Program-made: the position numbers and the translations under genes
In this document: positions 24,334 through 36,830 of the stretch, in pieces
Layout: each line of letters begins with the position of its first letter
Position numbering within the stretch: the stretch's first letter is position 1
Source of the DNA: Hormiphora californensis
Taxonomy: Eukaryota; Animalia; Ctenophora
Direction: 5' to 3'
Assembly: GCA_020137815.1 (NCBI GenBank)
Contig: CM035357.1
Span: 7,688,001 to 7,752,000 of the forward strand
Length of the DNA: 64,000 nucleotides
The notes under the pieces: model-generated
Told to the model about the DNA's origin: nothing
The model's database searches: none
Seen by the model: the letters and a program-made list of their open reading frames with translations, nothing else

Positions 24334-27300
24334 TCACATTACAACACACGACCTCTTTCGTTCCCTTTCTCTTGGTGGACTGGGCTGTCTTTGTTGCTGT
24401 TCCAGTTGCCTGACTGGTGCTGCTGATGGGGCCGCCTGAAAGCAGAGAGGAGAAGTTAATTAAACTGGGGATGTTTGCATTTGTGGAAGCTTCCGGAAGG
24501 CCATGGCCGGGTTTAAAAAAGCCGGACAAAAACTGGGAACAAAATAAGAAAAACAGGGCGCATTTTCCACAGGTAGTGTGGGAAAAAGTGCGCGTCGCTG
24601 CGCGAAGTTCATAGTGCGTCCGCCGTAAAAACTAGCGATACAAGACGGCGGACGCGGCTGAGTGGGCGACAGTGTAAAAGCAGCGGCGTGTTAGATCATG
24701 CCTTCTCTCCGTGAGAGGAAGCTTCTATAATTTTTATCTCTCTGTCTCTCTCTGTCTCTCTCTGTCTCTCTGTCTCTCTGTCTCTGTCCCTCTCTCTATC
24801 TCTCTCACTCTCTCTCTCACCTTGGCCTGCTCCCATAGTTTCTGCTGTTCCGCCACCTCCTCAGGGGTCCACTGTGGGGTGTTAGTTCGACTTGTTCCCT
24901 GATCCTCTGATGTTCCTCCCTCTTCTGATACTGCAAACTTGCCGTTACAAAATGTGGAACTGTTACAGGTTGAATCCAGGGTCTCCCATACCACTTGGGG
25001 GTGATTTAGCCAACCAACATCTGTAACTAGTAGAAATAACCTGGGGGAGGGAATGGGATGACTCGTGCTGTAGACCTTGACTTCTGAGAAGGTGTTAGTA
25101 AATGATTCTTGGAAATCTAGGAATAGTAATGAGAATCGAGGAAATGAATTATTAAAGGTTGCATGTGCGTCAGAGAGAAATGCGTCAGCGTGATTTTCAC
25201 GTAGTTGCACAAATGAAGGATCTCTCTCAGTACAGATAATATGACAGTCAAATTAATGGATTGGAGTTATTAGATAATATAAGTAGATAAAAGTTATATT
25301 AGGGTGGCATGTTTCATGTTTTGTGTTTTGTGTTTTTATTGAATATCTGTGCCAGATTTCACAAAGAGAGAGAGATGATAATCACCAGGAAATGTGTGAT
25401 TTGGCAAACAAAAGAATAGAAATTGCCCTGAATAAAAGTATAATCTTTCTATTGGCTCTTCTCACTCTCTCAAATATGGGCGTACGAATTAGTATTGATA
25501 GCAATTACTATTGTACATACACACTATTGTACATACACACAGACAATAAACACACTGTGTGACAGAAAGCGTTACCAATGCAACAAACTAACTAAACCAT
25601 ATAATCTAAGATACATTCAGAGATAACAGAGCACCAGGCAGATCACCCCCCCCCCCTCTCTTACCTGCCATGTTGTTTGGTGATGGTACTGAAGTGATTG
25701 TTTCTAAATAACACTACCAAATCACCAGGCTGTAGGTGACTGTTTATCTCACATATCCCATGAACTGTTAGTTGGGAAGATTCCAGGAGATCACGTAACA
25801 ACAGGGACTCTGATACTTCCTGAGTTGGCAGTCTTTATTGGAACAATTTGACTGTCAGCAATTCATTTCTTTCCTGTCTAGCATGTTTTACCATGTCATG
25901 TGGCTATCCCAATATAATAAAACATCGCTTATCCCCCAGCTTCATGTACCTGGGTATCTGCACTGGATGACTTGTCCATTGTCACCTCAACCAGCTGATT
26001 GTAGGTCAACTCTCCAGTTAGTTTACTGAGCACTGTGTCCTGGGGGTCTACCACCCAACCATGCAGCAGGCGAACCTAAGGGGGGATAGGGGGTGCTGGG
26101 AAATATTAGCTGAGAGGCAGACCATTACCTATATTGAAAAAGAATGACCCAATGGAACAACGGGGAGACAAGAGGGGAGATAAGAGATAAGAGGTATCTT
26201 TGAATATCCTTGAACAGAAACACACAATTACCTCAGCAAGATCGAATAAAGACAGCTCGGCAGTGTATTCGAACCCATCCACTCTGCTAAATCTCACATT
26301 GACATCTATTCCTGTTTGGATTTGTACAAACTGTTCCAGACAGTCCAGGATGTGCTGTTCAGTGTGGTCGGATGATTCCCTCTTAGCGGCCCTGTCCAGT
26401 AGGTAGTTTCCTGAGGGATGCAGTTACTTAGTGGGGTACTAGCATCATAAAATTATCATTTCCTGAACTAGTTGATTGTATCTAGAAATACTATTTAACA
26501 GATACTAGATAGGACTGGCTACATGCTAAGTAATCTCAGTTCGGGCTCTATCCAAACAACATATAGGACTGGCTAAGTAATATCAGTTCCAGGTCTATCC
26601 AAACAAGGTAGCTCAGTTGGGGCTCTATCCAAACAACTTACCAAGGACAGAACAGAGTGTCTCTGCTGACACATGTTCAGTTTCAGCAGGTAGATCAATC
26701 TTCTGTTGTAACAAGAGACAGTTCACGATGGCCAGCAGTGGGCAAGGTCCGTTAACAGATTGCATTACTATGGGTTGTTTGCGGAGTAGTGAATCAAACC
26801 ACTTGACATGGAACACAGTCTGGGGCAGATTAGAGGAGGAAGAGGGAGCTGCTGCAGTGGAGTTAAAGGCATCTGAGAAGTCGGAGGGTGCTGAGGGGTG
26901 TTGTTGTTGTTGGGAGTCTGTAGTTGTTACAGGTTCTGTAGTTGTTACATGTTCTGTAGTTGTTACAGGTTCTGTAGTTGTTACAGTTTCTGTTGTTGTT
27001 ACAGGTTCTGTAACATGGGGAGGGATATCGCTGGGTTTATCAGGCTGCCCTGTTGTAGTGGCCTCCTCTCCGCTGTTTTCTTGATTACTCCCTATTGGCT
27101 GGGATTGGGCTGTTACAGAATCTGTAACTAATGGTTGTTCTGTAGGAACCTCTCTTGTAGGAACCTCTGTTGCTAGGAACCTCTGTTGCTGGAACCTCAG
27201 TTGCAGGAACCTTAGTTGCTGGTTCCGTTTCCCTAGGAACCTCTGTTTCTGTTGCTGTTTCTGTAGGTACTTCTGTAGAGAATGTGGGTAATGTTTTTTC

Positions 27301-27342
27301 TGGTTGATCTGCTATCTCTTGACCATCAGAGGAATTTTCCAT
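24334..27342 (-). CDS. MINDY1: MINDY1/2 (FAM63) deubiquitinase
   Basis: QSVNGPCPLLAIVN (catalytic Cys), TGIDVNVRF, LLHGWVVDP, YNQLVE, LFRNNHFST (catalytic His), LLVTDVG, VVWETL; last exon ends RSCVVM* (CaaX). Apparent 1-bp insertion near 27174 in the N-terminal EVP/T repeat. MINDY1 versus MINDY2 cannot be distinguished. Confidence 0.92.
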
Positions 27343-27816
27343 CCTAAAACAGGGAAGAGAGAGATGGTAAAGGGGTATCAAGAAATAGAGACCTAAAGGA
27401 TTAGAGAGGGTGTGTGTGATTTAGGTGCTTCAGGTAAGGAGATTAGGGAAATGAGAGGGTGAGTAGTGTGACATGGGGAATGTAGAACATTCCATCGAGA
27501 ACATTGAACATTGAGTACTGTCAATAACACCTTCCCTGTCCCCTCCCCCCCACTTCTTCAAGATTACCTCCCCCTCATGTCAATAATCCCGGGTGACAGG
27601 TGGCACTCCAATAACCCCCACAATTTACCCTTTTATTGGAACTACTATTATAGAGGTCCAGTACCCCCTTCATTTTGGTACACTTTCATTACTTGGCTCT
27701 CCCTGATCTTGGGTGTTATATCGGCGTTGTACAACTGTCTAAAGAAAGTGCAACATCTTTTTTTGTGATTATAGCGTGATTTTATTCTAATCCAATCTCC
27801 ATTATTTAGTAGGAAC

Positions 27817-29496
27817 ATGTCCTTACTTCCCTTCCTGATTCTGGCCCTGTTCCATCGGTCTGCATCCTGGAGGGAGTCCAGCTCCACAACAACTGATTCC
27901 TGGCATGACGACACAGATACAACAGCAGCAGGTAGTCACGGTAACAGGGACTACGACACAGCAGCAGGTAGTCATGGTAACGTGGACAGTGAAGGTACAA
28001 CAGCAGGACCACCCCGGACAACTGAAATCACCAAGATGTGGAAGAGATATCACCATGATCACCAGGATCACCAAGATGAGGACCACCACAAGATGAAGGA
28101 TGAACACCATCACACGGGGAGAAAGAAGCACAACAAACACCATCAACACCACAAATCGGAGGAAAATCATGGTGACGAAGAGGAGAGGGATGGTGGTTAC
28201 CATGGTTACCATGACGATGAAATGTGTTTAGAGGAAGAAGATGAGGGGGAACACAATCAGGATTATTGGAGAGGTTTCTATGCTGGGGTGATGAAGCAGT
28301 ATCATTGGTGGAAATATCATTCTGGATGGTGGGGTGCTCATGGTGACGATGATCACCATGGTGACAAACATAAAGATCACCATGGTGAAAAACACGATGA
28401 TCACCATGGCGACAAACATGATGATCACCATGGTGACAAGCACGATGATCACCATGTTGACAAACATAAAGATCACCATGAAGACAAACACGATGATCAC
28501 CATGGTGACAAACATAAAGATTACCATGGTGACAAACATGATGATCACTATGGTGACAACCACGACGATCACCATGGTGACAAGCACGATGATCACCATG
28601 GTGACAAACATAAGGATCACCAAGAAGACAAACACGATGATCACAATGGTGACAAACACGACGATCACCATGGTAACAAACACGATGATCACCATGGTGA
28701 CAAACACGATGATCACCATGGTGACAACCACGATGATCACCATGGTGACAAATACGATGATCACCATGGTGACAAGCACGATGATCATCACACAGATGAA
28801 ACACATCACCATGGTGACACTTCACAACAACACCACAGTAACCATGGTGAAAAGCTGACCCGATTCCAAGAGCGAGTAAAAAACACCCGGGGATATCGAG
28901 AGTGCCCCTGGCTACGTCGCTCCCATCCTCTCCACACCTCCAAGGGTCACCACCTCACATCCCTTAACAACATGTGCTCAGGGGAGCTGGAGTGCCCTAA
29001 TTTCGGGATTATGGCGAGTAAGGGTTGTGGGTACCAAGTGAGATATACCCCTGCTCTAGCCTGGATTGGAACAGACTACACCCACGTGGATGCGATGTTA
29101 CCTAGCAACAGAGATGCGTTGAAGCGGTTAGAAGAGTTCAGGAGCTCTACAGGGTTACCCCAAACCCTCCCAGTTATTGAGATACTATGGATGGAGGAAG
29201 GGATGGGTGTTGTTGCTGCACAGACCTACTTCCCTCTTCCCAGCACCCACACCACCCTCTCAGACCCCCTACCAGAGGGGATTTATACCCTACACTCTGA
29301 ACCAATGATAACATTCTCTCGAGCCTTTGTTAATGATGGTGTTGTGGTTGAGGGGTATGAGAGGGAGCTGAGTGATCTGGAAGGGGTTGTGGAGAGGGCG
29401 GGGCATGGGTATAGGAAGGATATGGTGGTGCTAGCTACATACGGGGAATATGGTACTACTGCAAGGAGACAAGAGGTAATTCTGGTGGCAAAATAA
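27817..29496 (+). CDS. Secreted His/Asp-rich repeat protein with C-terminal SOUL heme-binding-family domain
   Basis: 559-aa intronless ORF; signal-like MSLLPFLILALF; ~18 x DDHHGDKH; C-terminal ECP..CGYQVRY..WIGT..TLPV..FSRAF..ATY..RRQEVILV, alignable to the neighbouring SOUL gene. Confidence 0.88.
   Translation: MSLLPFLILALFHRSASWRESSSTTTDSWHDDTDTTAAGSHGNRDYDTAAGSHGNVDSEGTTAGPPRTTEITKMWKRYHHDHQDHQDEDHHKMKDEHHHTGRKKHNKHHQHHKSEENHGDEEERDGGYHGYHDDEMCLEEEDEGEHNQDYWRGFYAGVMKQYHWWKYHSGWWGAHGDDDHHGDKHKDHHGEKHDDHHGDKHDDHHGDKHDDHHVDKHKDHHEDKHDDHHGDKHKDYHGDKHDDHYGDNHDDHHGDKHDDHHGDKHKDHQEDKHDDHNGDKHDDHHGNKHDDHHGDKHDDHHGDNHDDHHGDKYDDHHGDKHDDHHTDETHHHGDTSQQHHSNHGEKLTRFQERVKNTRGYRECPWLRRSHPLHTSKGHHLTSLNNMCSGELECPNFGIMASKGCGYQVRYTPALAWIGTDYTHVDAMLPSNRDALKRLEEFRSSTGLPQTLPVIEILWMEEGMGVVAAQTYFPLPSTHTTLSDPLPEGIYTLHSEPMITFSRAFVNDGVVVEGYERELSDLEGVVERAGHGYRKDMVVLATYGEYGTTARRQEVILVAK
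28348..28791 (+). repeat. Coding 24-bp tandem repeat (DDHHGDKH)
   Basis: Unit gatgatcaccatggtgacaaacac with palindromic core caccatggtg. Confidence 0.95.
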
Positions 29497-29739
29497 CGAG
29501 ACAATTGGAATTGGATTGAACTAATCAATATTGTGGTATTTATTATTAAATGCTAACTTATATAAAGACATTGTGTTAATCGTGTGTGTGTGTTAAGAAA
29601 GGGGAATCTAGATGGACCGTACAAACAAACGTTTTACATATGCAAATCGTAGAAAGTAAAATTATCAATTCAAAATATATGCTGTAATAAAATTAAACAA
29701 ACAATTAAGTTTACATCTGTATTATATCAGTATTTTTAT

Positions 29740-32700
29740 TTAGTCTGACATCTCGATGATACTAATAGTACTATCACTATCACTACCACTTATAACAGTA
29801 GCAGGTACAGGCCGTTTCCTCCCCCTCTTCAATTCTCTTCCAGGACTATTTGGTGTGACCTTGATAACTCGTCTTGTATCAACCCTTCTTATACCACCCC
29901 TCTTTTTCACAGGACCATCAATACTTGTTTGTTGCTGCTCAGTTACAGCAGAAAGAGTATTGCTCAGCTTTATGACTGCTTGGTTGGGTTTCTGTCGTCT
30001 CAAACTTCTTCTATCAGCTGAAATAGAGGCATTGTGTACAACTGTGTTAACACCCAGATAACCCAGTTATGCTAAAACTATGATCCCACTACCCTAATAT
30101 AATCCACTCACTGTGCTGGGAGGGAAGGTCATCAGACACTCTACTGGCAATGGTGTTTCGTCTACTTGATCTTAATAATACCACACTAGCTTTCTTGGGG
30201 GTTAGTTTGAGCTTTTTTCTGGGTGACAACCATTGATCTAGTCCACACTTTTTAGGAGAGGCAACAAGGGGTGGCTTCTTAACAGCAGGCTCCCTTTGTT
30301 TGACAGGTAGTAGAACAGGTTGTACTTCAGAGTTCTGAGCTACTTCCTCACTTTGCTTCTTCTTCTTCTCAGCAAGTCGTTCTTTTCTCCCTGGTTTTGT
30401 TTTCTTGTTTTCTCCCTGCTGCTGCTGGGGTTTATTCGATGGAACCCTCTGATCAGCTAACTCCTCAGTTACACACAGATTACTAGGCTCGACTGGTGTA
30501 ACGGTTGTTGTTGGAGGGTTGGGTTGTTTTACTGGAGAAAGACCGGTGAATTCAAGCAGTGCCAATCGTTCATTGTAAGGAAGTGAGTTACCAGTAGTCT
30601 CAATATCCTGTGGAAATAGAGTTGTATAATTGTTCAAAATTTTGTATTGCAATGGAAAACAAAACAAGAAAAACACAGGAAAAGTATGACATTGGGTAAA
30701 CACACAAACGCACACAAAACCAAAATCGAAAGATACCGTTTCTGTTGCCATTGCTGTTGATTGTTTTGATGAATGAGCAATAACACTGTTGGTCTTCAGG
30801 AGATGTGTTGGGGTTGCTACGGGAGACGTTGAGATATTCCTTATCCTCCTGTTAACCTGTGCACAGGGGATACTGTGTCCTGTAGAGAATGTGGTCCCCT
30901 CACTTGAACAGTTTCGAGAGGGTGTCTGGGTCCCTGTAGCGTTAGTGGTACCAGTTTGTAACCAGCTAATGGTCTTGAATGGGGTCTGGGATGCTGCAGT
31001 GGATCTGGTGTGGGGTGTCTGGGAGGCTGCAGTGGATCTGGAGTGGGGTGTCTGGGTCCCTGCTGTCAGGAGTGTGATCCTATTCTGGGCTGGTTTGTTG
31101 ATGAATATTGTGGGAGTTGAGGGGGCTGCTGCAGTTGTGGTAGGTTTAGTAGTACTGCACTGTGGAGATATAACCGTTTCTAGTGGTACCTGCAAAACAA
31201 TAATTGTAGGATAATTGTTTGTTTGTTTGTTTGTTTGTTTGTTTGTTTGTTTGTTTGTTTGTTTGTTTGTTTGTTTGTTTGTTTGTTTGTTTGTTTGTTT
31301 GTTTGTTTGTTTGTTTAAACCCACGTGTTGTGTAAAGGACTCCACCTCCTGCAGCCTAATGGATAGATCAGCCCCAATTATGTATTCCATCTCCTGGCTA
31401 GGTCCATGGTACGCAGGGTAACCTCTGAAACTCTCCCACTGCTTTTCAAGCTCCGTCCTGATGGGGGATGGGGCATTATTATGTGGAGGAGAGAGGTAAC
31501 TGGATTCATGGGAATAACTAATATGCGATAAGATGACTGGGTAGGTATAGTTTGAGGGATTTAGAAGACCTGGATAGTTGAATATCGAACAGGTTCCTAT
31601 TCTATTCAGTGCATCTAGACAACTTGAAGCTGGGTAATCTACTGGAGACTTTACAAATCATGTCCCCCTTTGTTTTGTTGTTCCTCTGTAGCAGTGTATT
31701 TGCCAAGGAGGATTGGAAGGCGATTCTGGGGTATGAGGAGTGTCCGGGTGAGAAAGCAAAGTTAGAATCATGGACTAATGACATTCCCTGGTTTTTTGAC
31801 GTTCTAGGACTAAATGTAGGTTTATATACAACTTGTATTGTCTAATTTCCCAATCATAAAACACACTTTCATTATAATGGTTTGCTAATCGAGTTCTAAT
31901 TTCTCTTGATCAGGAAAAGCCCAAACCGCTGAAAGATATATGCAAGGACATTGAATGTCCTAAAGTCGAGGAAAAGGAAAGTAAGAAGTGTGGTTATGCA
32001 ACTCGAACTATACTCTCAGCAAACTGGGTAGGGACTGACATGAAGAACCTAGATGATGACTGGAGAAGTGACTTCACTGCTGCATTCCGCCGCTTGTTTG
32101 AGTACATTAGAGGTGCCAATGAAGAGGAAGAGAAGATTAAGATGACAGTCCCTGTTCTGCATCGTTATGAGATGGAAGATGAAGATGATATAGACGAGGA
32201 CAAAGTCGGGAAACTATACTTCTACCTCCCTGAAAAGCACCAGAAATCTCCCCCTAAACCAACCAATAAGGAGGTGTATATTGAGAAGTTGAAGGAGATG
32301 ACAGTGGTCAGTAGAACATTTGGTGAGGTGGGAGCCATGGATAAAAGTGATTACGAGGAGCAGTTTGAGAAGTTGTACGAAGTTGCCGCGGAGAAGGGAG
32401 GGGAAGATGTTGAAGAGGATGTGGGATGGGTAGCGAGTTATACGAGACCTAAAATTGGAAGACAGAGACAAGAAGTGATGTTTGTTGTCAAGAAGTGAGA
32501 TCTCTGATCAGCCAAGTTAATCCAACACAATCTCAATTCTCAACAGTCGACTAAGATATGTTTGTACGTACCTGTATGTTTTGTAACATTTGTTGATTAC
32601 ACTTCGAATATCGTCCAACAAACACTTCTGAACTTGACGAACTTTTTGTGCTACTGTGCCCTGGTTTCGCTGGGGGATAAAACACACATTAGCATCATCA

Positions 32701-33494
32701 GACATCGGGTCTGTGAGGTAGGGACGGGCGTGGAGCTAGGCATCCCCCATTAAATTATTCGTCAAAGTGTGTAATGAGTAATCACCTTGTTGGGATATTC
32801 CAGTATCGCTTTACACTTTTCGAGTTGTTTAAGCGTTGATTTTTCGAAGAATTCTCTGTCTTCTGCTTTCTGAGAAACATAGCAAAATTAAAATGTGTGG
32901 TTGACTCTAAGAAAAATACAAACCTTGAAAGGATTAGCTATCAGTTCTTCATCAAAAAGCTCGTTCATTGTTTTCTCCGTACGATCTCTTAGCAAGTACT
33001 GAGAAAAATGGTAGTTAAAAAAGAGTATCAAAAGAGTAACCACAATAACAAAGAAATGTATATGCTTACCAATACTTTAAGATTATTAATAACCAGGGAG
33101 AATTTGATGGCATTATCTGTGTAGCAAAGAGCAGAAAACCATAGTTTATCCAGTCGTAACTTGGTAACAAACTGTCGTGCAAAAACAATTCTCGTGCTCA
33201 CAGGAAGATCCAACTCTGAAATATTATCATTTCAAACACTTATATTTCATTAATAAACCACTGTAACAATAGAGTGATTGGTGCGAAACAGAGTCTAGCT
33301 AGGCAAGAGATTGGTTGATACCACATGTTGGAATTAATAGCTTAATTCTTTGGCAAACGTTGCTGGCCCCCTGTTCTGCGCCACGCGCAGCGCGGGATAA
33401 GGCAGCACTTTACAACTTAATTCTTACCAGTTAGTTTCTCGAAAGAAAGCAAGTGTCGGACTAGCAAGTGCTCTGCTATGCCATGTAAAATCAT
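29740..33494 (-). CDS. Uncharacterised multi-exon protein (helical N-terminus, low-complexity basic C-terminus), copy 1
   Basis: Phase-consistent splicing from ATG 33494: MILHGIAEHLL..|DSVSHQSLYCYS|ELDLPVSTRIVF..|YLLRDRT..|KAEDREFFEK..|RNQGTVAQK..|RTELEKQWESF..|VPLETV..|DIETTG..|ADRRSLRR..; synonymous changes seen versus copy 2. Confidence 0.72.
31216..31316. repeat. (GTTT)n intronic microsatellite (also 38580-38688)
   Basis: Direct read. Confidence 0.95.
31660..32498 (+). CDS. Secreted SOUL/HEBP-family protein, copy 1, nested antisense in an intron of the orphan gene
   Basis: Exons 31660-31815 and 31914-32498; signal peptide MSPFVLLFLCSSVFA; ECP..GYATR..WVGT..AFRRLFEYIRGAN..KIKMTVPV..FYLP..PPKPTN..VVSRTF..RQEVMF. 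Confidence 0.93.
33351..33415 (+). mobile_element. 65-bp TGGCA..CAA element with 10-bp TSD
   Basis: TSD cttaattctt (33341-33350, 33416-33425); empty site in the duplicate at ~40772. Confidence 0.85.
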
Positions 33495-33672
33495 TTAACA
33501 AGCTACAGGAAAACAGTTTTGTAAAATAAATCTCCCAATTTAAGGTATTTCCTTGACTTCAATAAGCTGAATCGTGTCTTTTCACGAATGAATGACATGG
33601 TTTCGGCGTAACACTCCTTTTGCCTCTCACAGTGGATAAAAAGAGAAAGGAAGGAACTGTGAACTGTCACAG

Positions 33673-34678
33673 TTGGAATGCGCTGCAGCCCCCTCATGCA
33701 CACACCCCTGCAACGAGGGGACTGGAGGGAATGCCGTGCGCGCGTTTGGCCAGAGCTCTGCAGAGTCGAAAATAACTTTGCGGTCGAAAAAACGGCGGTG
33801 CTTATAAGTTATAACTTTGGCCCCTGAAGTCCGTTTTGCTTGATTCTTTCACTAGTTGTTAGATCTGACAATTATCTACCTTGCTGTTTTTGAGAGAAGT
33901 TAATTGGATTTGAGGAGGCTGAGCAATAGCCGTTCAAAGATTGGTTGTTTTCAAAAAGTGACGTCACAGGTCCCTGCAGGGACACTTTGTTTCAAATTTG
34001 AATTAAAATCTCGAATTTTTTTATTTTACCGCACTCGATTTTGCGGAGTTTGGTTCATATCTCCTGTTCCTGATAAGATAGAGACCTGAAACCGGTTGCA
34101 TTTGAAAGCTGTTATCTTCCTCTTTCCAACGCTTCCAAAACGATTTCTGTACCTTATCTGGAACCGGAGATATGATTGATTATGTATTCCCCCCTAGCGC
34201 GGTATTCCCTCCAGGCCCCTTATATTATACAGGGTGGGCCAGAAACATGGAGCCACTTGGAGTTAAGAATTGGAAAAATACAATCCTCTCTCCATTGTAC
34301 GGATCCACATTTCAACGTGTTACCCTGTCAGTTGATAGGCCGATAATTGTTAGGAAAGGGTTACTCTCTGTCAATCTCAATCCTCAGGGGACACTTTTTC
34401 TAGTCAATAGACCGTAAAAATTACACTGTACATTGGAGAGCGAACTGTATTGACACATAAGTTATCTCAAAGTGGCTCCATGTTTCTGGCCCAACCTGTA
34501 TTATACTCCATTTTTTTTCAACTGTTCACCCCCCAAAGTCGTGCACGGAATTGTTTTGTGCGTTTATCACATGTTAACGTGTAGCGCGTGCCGCGTAAAT
34601 TAAAATATCGCACGCGCACGAGTTGAGGGGTGAACAGTTGAATAAAAATGGACTTTATAAGGGGCCTGCAACGTGCCA
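33673..34678 (-). mobile_element. TGGCA..CAA family element (inverted) with nested MITEs
   Basis: TSD actgtcacag at 33663-33672 and 34679-34688; reverse complement of the 22104-22658 body. Confidence 0.85.
34230..34498. mobile_element. Tc1/mariner-type MITE
   Basis: TA|CAGGGTGGGCCAGAAACATGGAGCCACTT..AAGTGGCTCCATGTTTCTGGCCCAACCTG|TA. Confidence 0.85.
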
Positions 34679-34705
34679 ACTGTCACAGTGAACAGTTTTT
34701 TCGCG

Positions 34706-35927
34706 ATAAGGAACCATAATAAAGTTCAAGATAATAATAATAATAATATAATATAATAATATACATTTGATATACCGCTTTTATGCGTTATAAATGGAGG
34801 AAACAACTAAAGAACCTAATGGCTAGTGTTGTATGAACATCTCTCCACCGCGACTAAAGCCTCCAAGAGCACCCAAGAGCACCCAAGAGCGCACCCAATC
34901 GAAGAGAGACCACACCTGAGAGCGCACCCTATCGAAGAGAGACCACACCTGAGAGCGCACCACACCCAAAAGAGACCAAAACCAAGAGCGTACCACATCC
35001 AGAAGAGACCACTCCAAGAGCGCACCACATCAAAGAGAGCTCCCCATCCAGAAGATACCACGCGCAGGGGACACCACGCGCAGAAGAGACCAGCGCGGCG
35101 TTGTATTTGCGCGTGCGGACTCTTCTGCGCGTGGTATCCCTTGCGCGCGGTCTCTTCTGGATGGGGTGCTCTCCTGGTCCTGGTGTGCTCTTGGACCTGG
35201 TGCGCTCTTGGAGGCTCTTGAACTTTATTATGGTTCCTTATTATGGTTCCTTATAGGGATCCCTAAAAAAGTTCAGTATTTACACAGAGTTTACACAGTC
35301 TTTACTCAGTCGTTACACCCAGAGCGCCCGCGCCGCTCTGGGTGTAACGACTGCGTCTTTCGCACTCGATTTGCAGCGTTTTCGGAAACTTTTTTCGCCG
35401 CAGCGCTCAATTTTGTCAATTGTGCAGCACACAATCCAATATTTTCTTGGAAAAAGCCACTGTGCGCAGCACGCGCCGCTCTGGGTGTAACGACTGAGTA
35501 AAGACTGTGTAAACTCTGTGTAAATACTGAACTTTTTTAGGGATCCCTATAAGGAACCATAATAAGGAACCATAATAAAGTTCAAGAGCCTCCAAGAGCG
35601 CACCAGGTCCAAGAGCACACCAGGACCAGGAGAGCACCCCATCCAGAAGAGACCGCGCGCAAGGGATACCACGCGCAGAAGAGTCCGCACGCGCAAATAC
35701 AACGCCGCGCTGGTCTCTTCTGCGCGTGGTGTCCCCTGCGCGTGGTATCTTCTGGATGGGGAGCTCTCTTTGATGTGGTGCGCTCTTGAAGTGGTGTCTT
35801 CTGGAGGCGGTGCGCTCTTGGATGTGGTCTCTTTTGGGTGTGGTGCGCTCTCAGGTGTGGTCTCTCTTTGATCGGGTACGCTCTTGGGTGCTCTTGGAGG
35901 CTCTTGAACTTTATTATGGTTCCTTAT
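34706..35927. mobile_element. Foldback element with internal aagagcgcacc repeats
   Basis: Ends ataaggaaccataataaagttcaag / cttgaactttattatggttccttat; near-perfect arms ~35015-35352 and ~35472-35790. Confidence 0.7.
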
Positions 35928-36390
35928 TTGAGATGAAAATTTGTCCGGCCCGGATGAACAAAGCTTACAAATGCGTCGCAATTAATGTAACGCGCGATCT
36001 CTTTCCAACAACGCTGCCCAAAATTCACTTTCTGAAGCCGCGCGCTGAAAATTTGTCGCGCGTCGAAAGATTTTTTGTCAGGAATCGCCCAAATTTTCAA
36101 TTTTTTGACCCCAAAATCATCATTTTCTCCCTTTTCTAACAACATTCAGCGTGTCCTGAACCCACTGGACACAGCCTACCTTCGCCACTGGTAGCATATG
36201 CCAATTACGGTTTTTACAACTGTCTGTCTCCATTTACATTTTACAATTTGCATTGGTTGGTTTGCGCTACAGTGCCCCAGTGTGCACGTTTTTAAATTTT
36301 ACGGCCACTACTTATCTAGAAAGTAGAAGGTCTAGCCGTGCTGTAAGATATAACTCCGTTCCATATTAAGATGACAATATGAACTGAGCT

Positions 36391-36498
36391 ATGAAAGGGA
36401 AAAAAGAAAAGGCAACACCGGAGCAGAGGAACTTCAACACGGCCTACTTTTCTCCAAATCCTACTGGTGGGATGCCTTACGGGATGTCTCAAAACATT
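36391..36498 (+). pseudogene. Isolated duplicate of BRPF coding exon 1
   Basis: Matches 41990-42097 ([15 protein letters not shown]..) but is followed by the duplication junction. Confidence 0.75.
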
Positions 36499-36619
36499 GT
36501 GAGTCCTATCACAGTAGCCCTGGTCTGTGAGATAGGGGGATGAGATATGACTATTTTATTGTTCTAACACATTTTACAAAGTCGTGGTAAGAGACAATGT
36601 AACCCTTTCCACCAACCAT

Positions 36620-36830
36620 TGACCCTACCAGAGGATTTACCCTACACTCTGACCAATGTAACTTTTGAGTGTTAGATGGGTGTTGAGGGTATGAGAGGGA
36701 GCTGAGTGATCTGGAAGGGGTTGTGGAGAGGGCGGGGCATGGGTATAGGAAGGATATGGTGGTGCTAGCTACATACGGGGAATATGGTACTACTGCAAGG
36801 AGACAAGAGGTAATTCTGGTGGCAAAATAA
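36620..36830 (+). pseudogene. 3' fragment of the His-rich SOUL gene
   Basis: Matches 29270-29496, with many indels in its first ~70 bp. Confidence 0.8.

Noticed and set aside
26445-26482. Intronic YNQLVQ after an AG, resembling MINDY's YNQLVE
   Set aside because: Only ~18 bp, out of exon order and followed by a stop; chance or a decayed relic.
27577-27768. Small ORF with a hydrophobic segment between MINDY and His-SOUL
   Set aside because: No recognisable family or splice support.
27823-28858. Long alternative-frame and antisense ORFs (MVTM.., HHGDHR..) over the His repeat
   Set aside because: By-products of a stop-poor 24-bp unit with a palindromic core; only the 27817 frame has a signal peptide and a domain.
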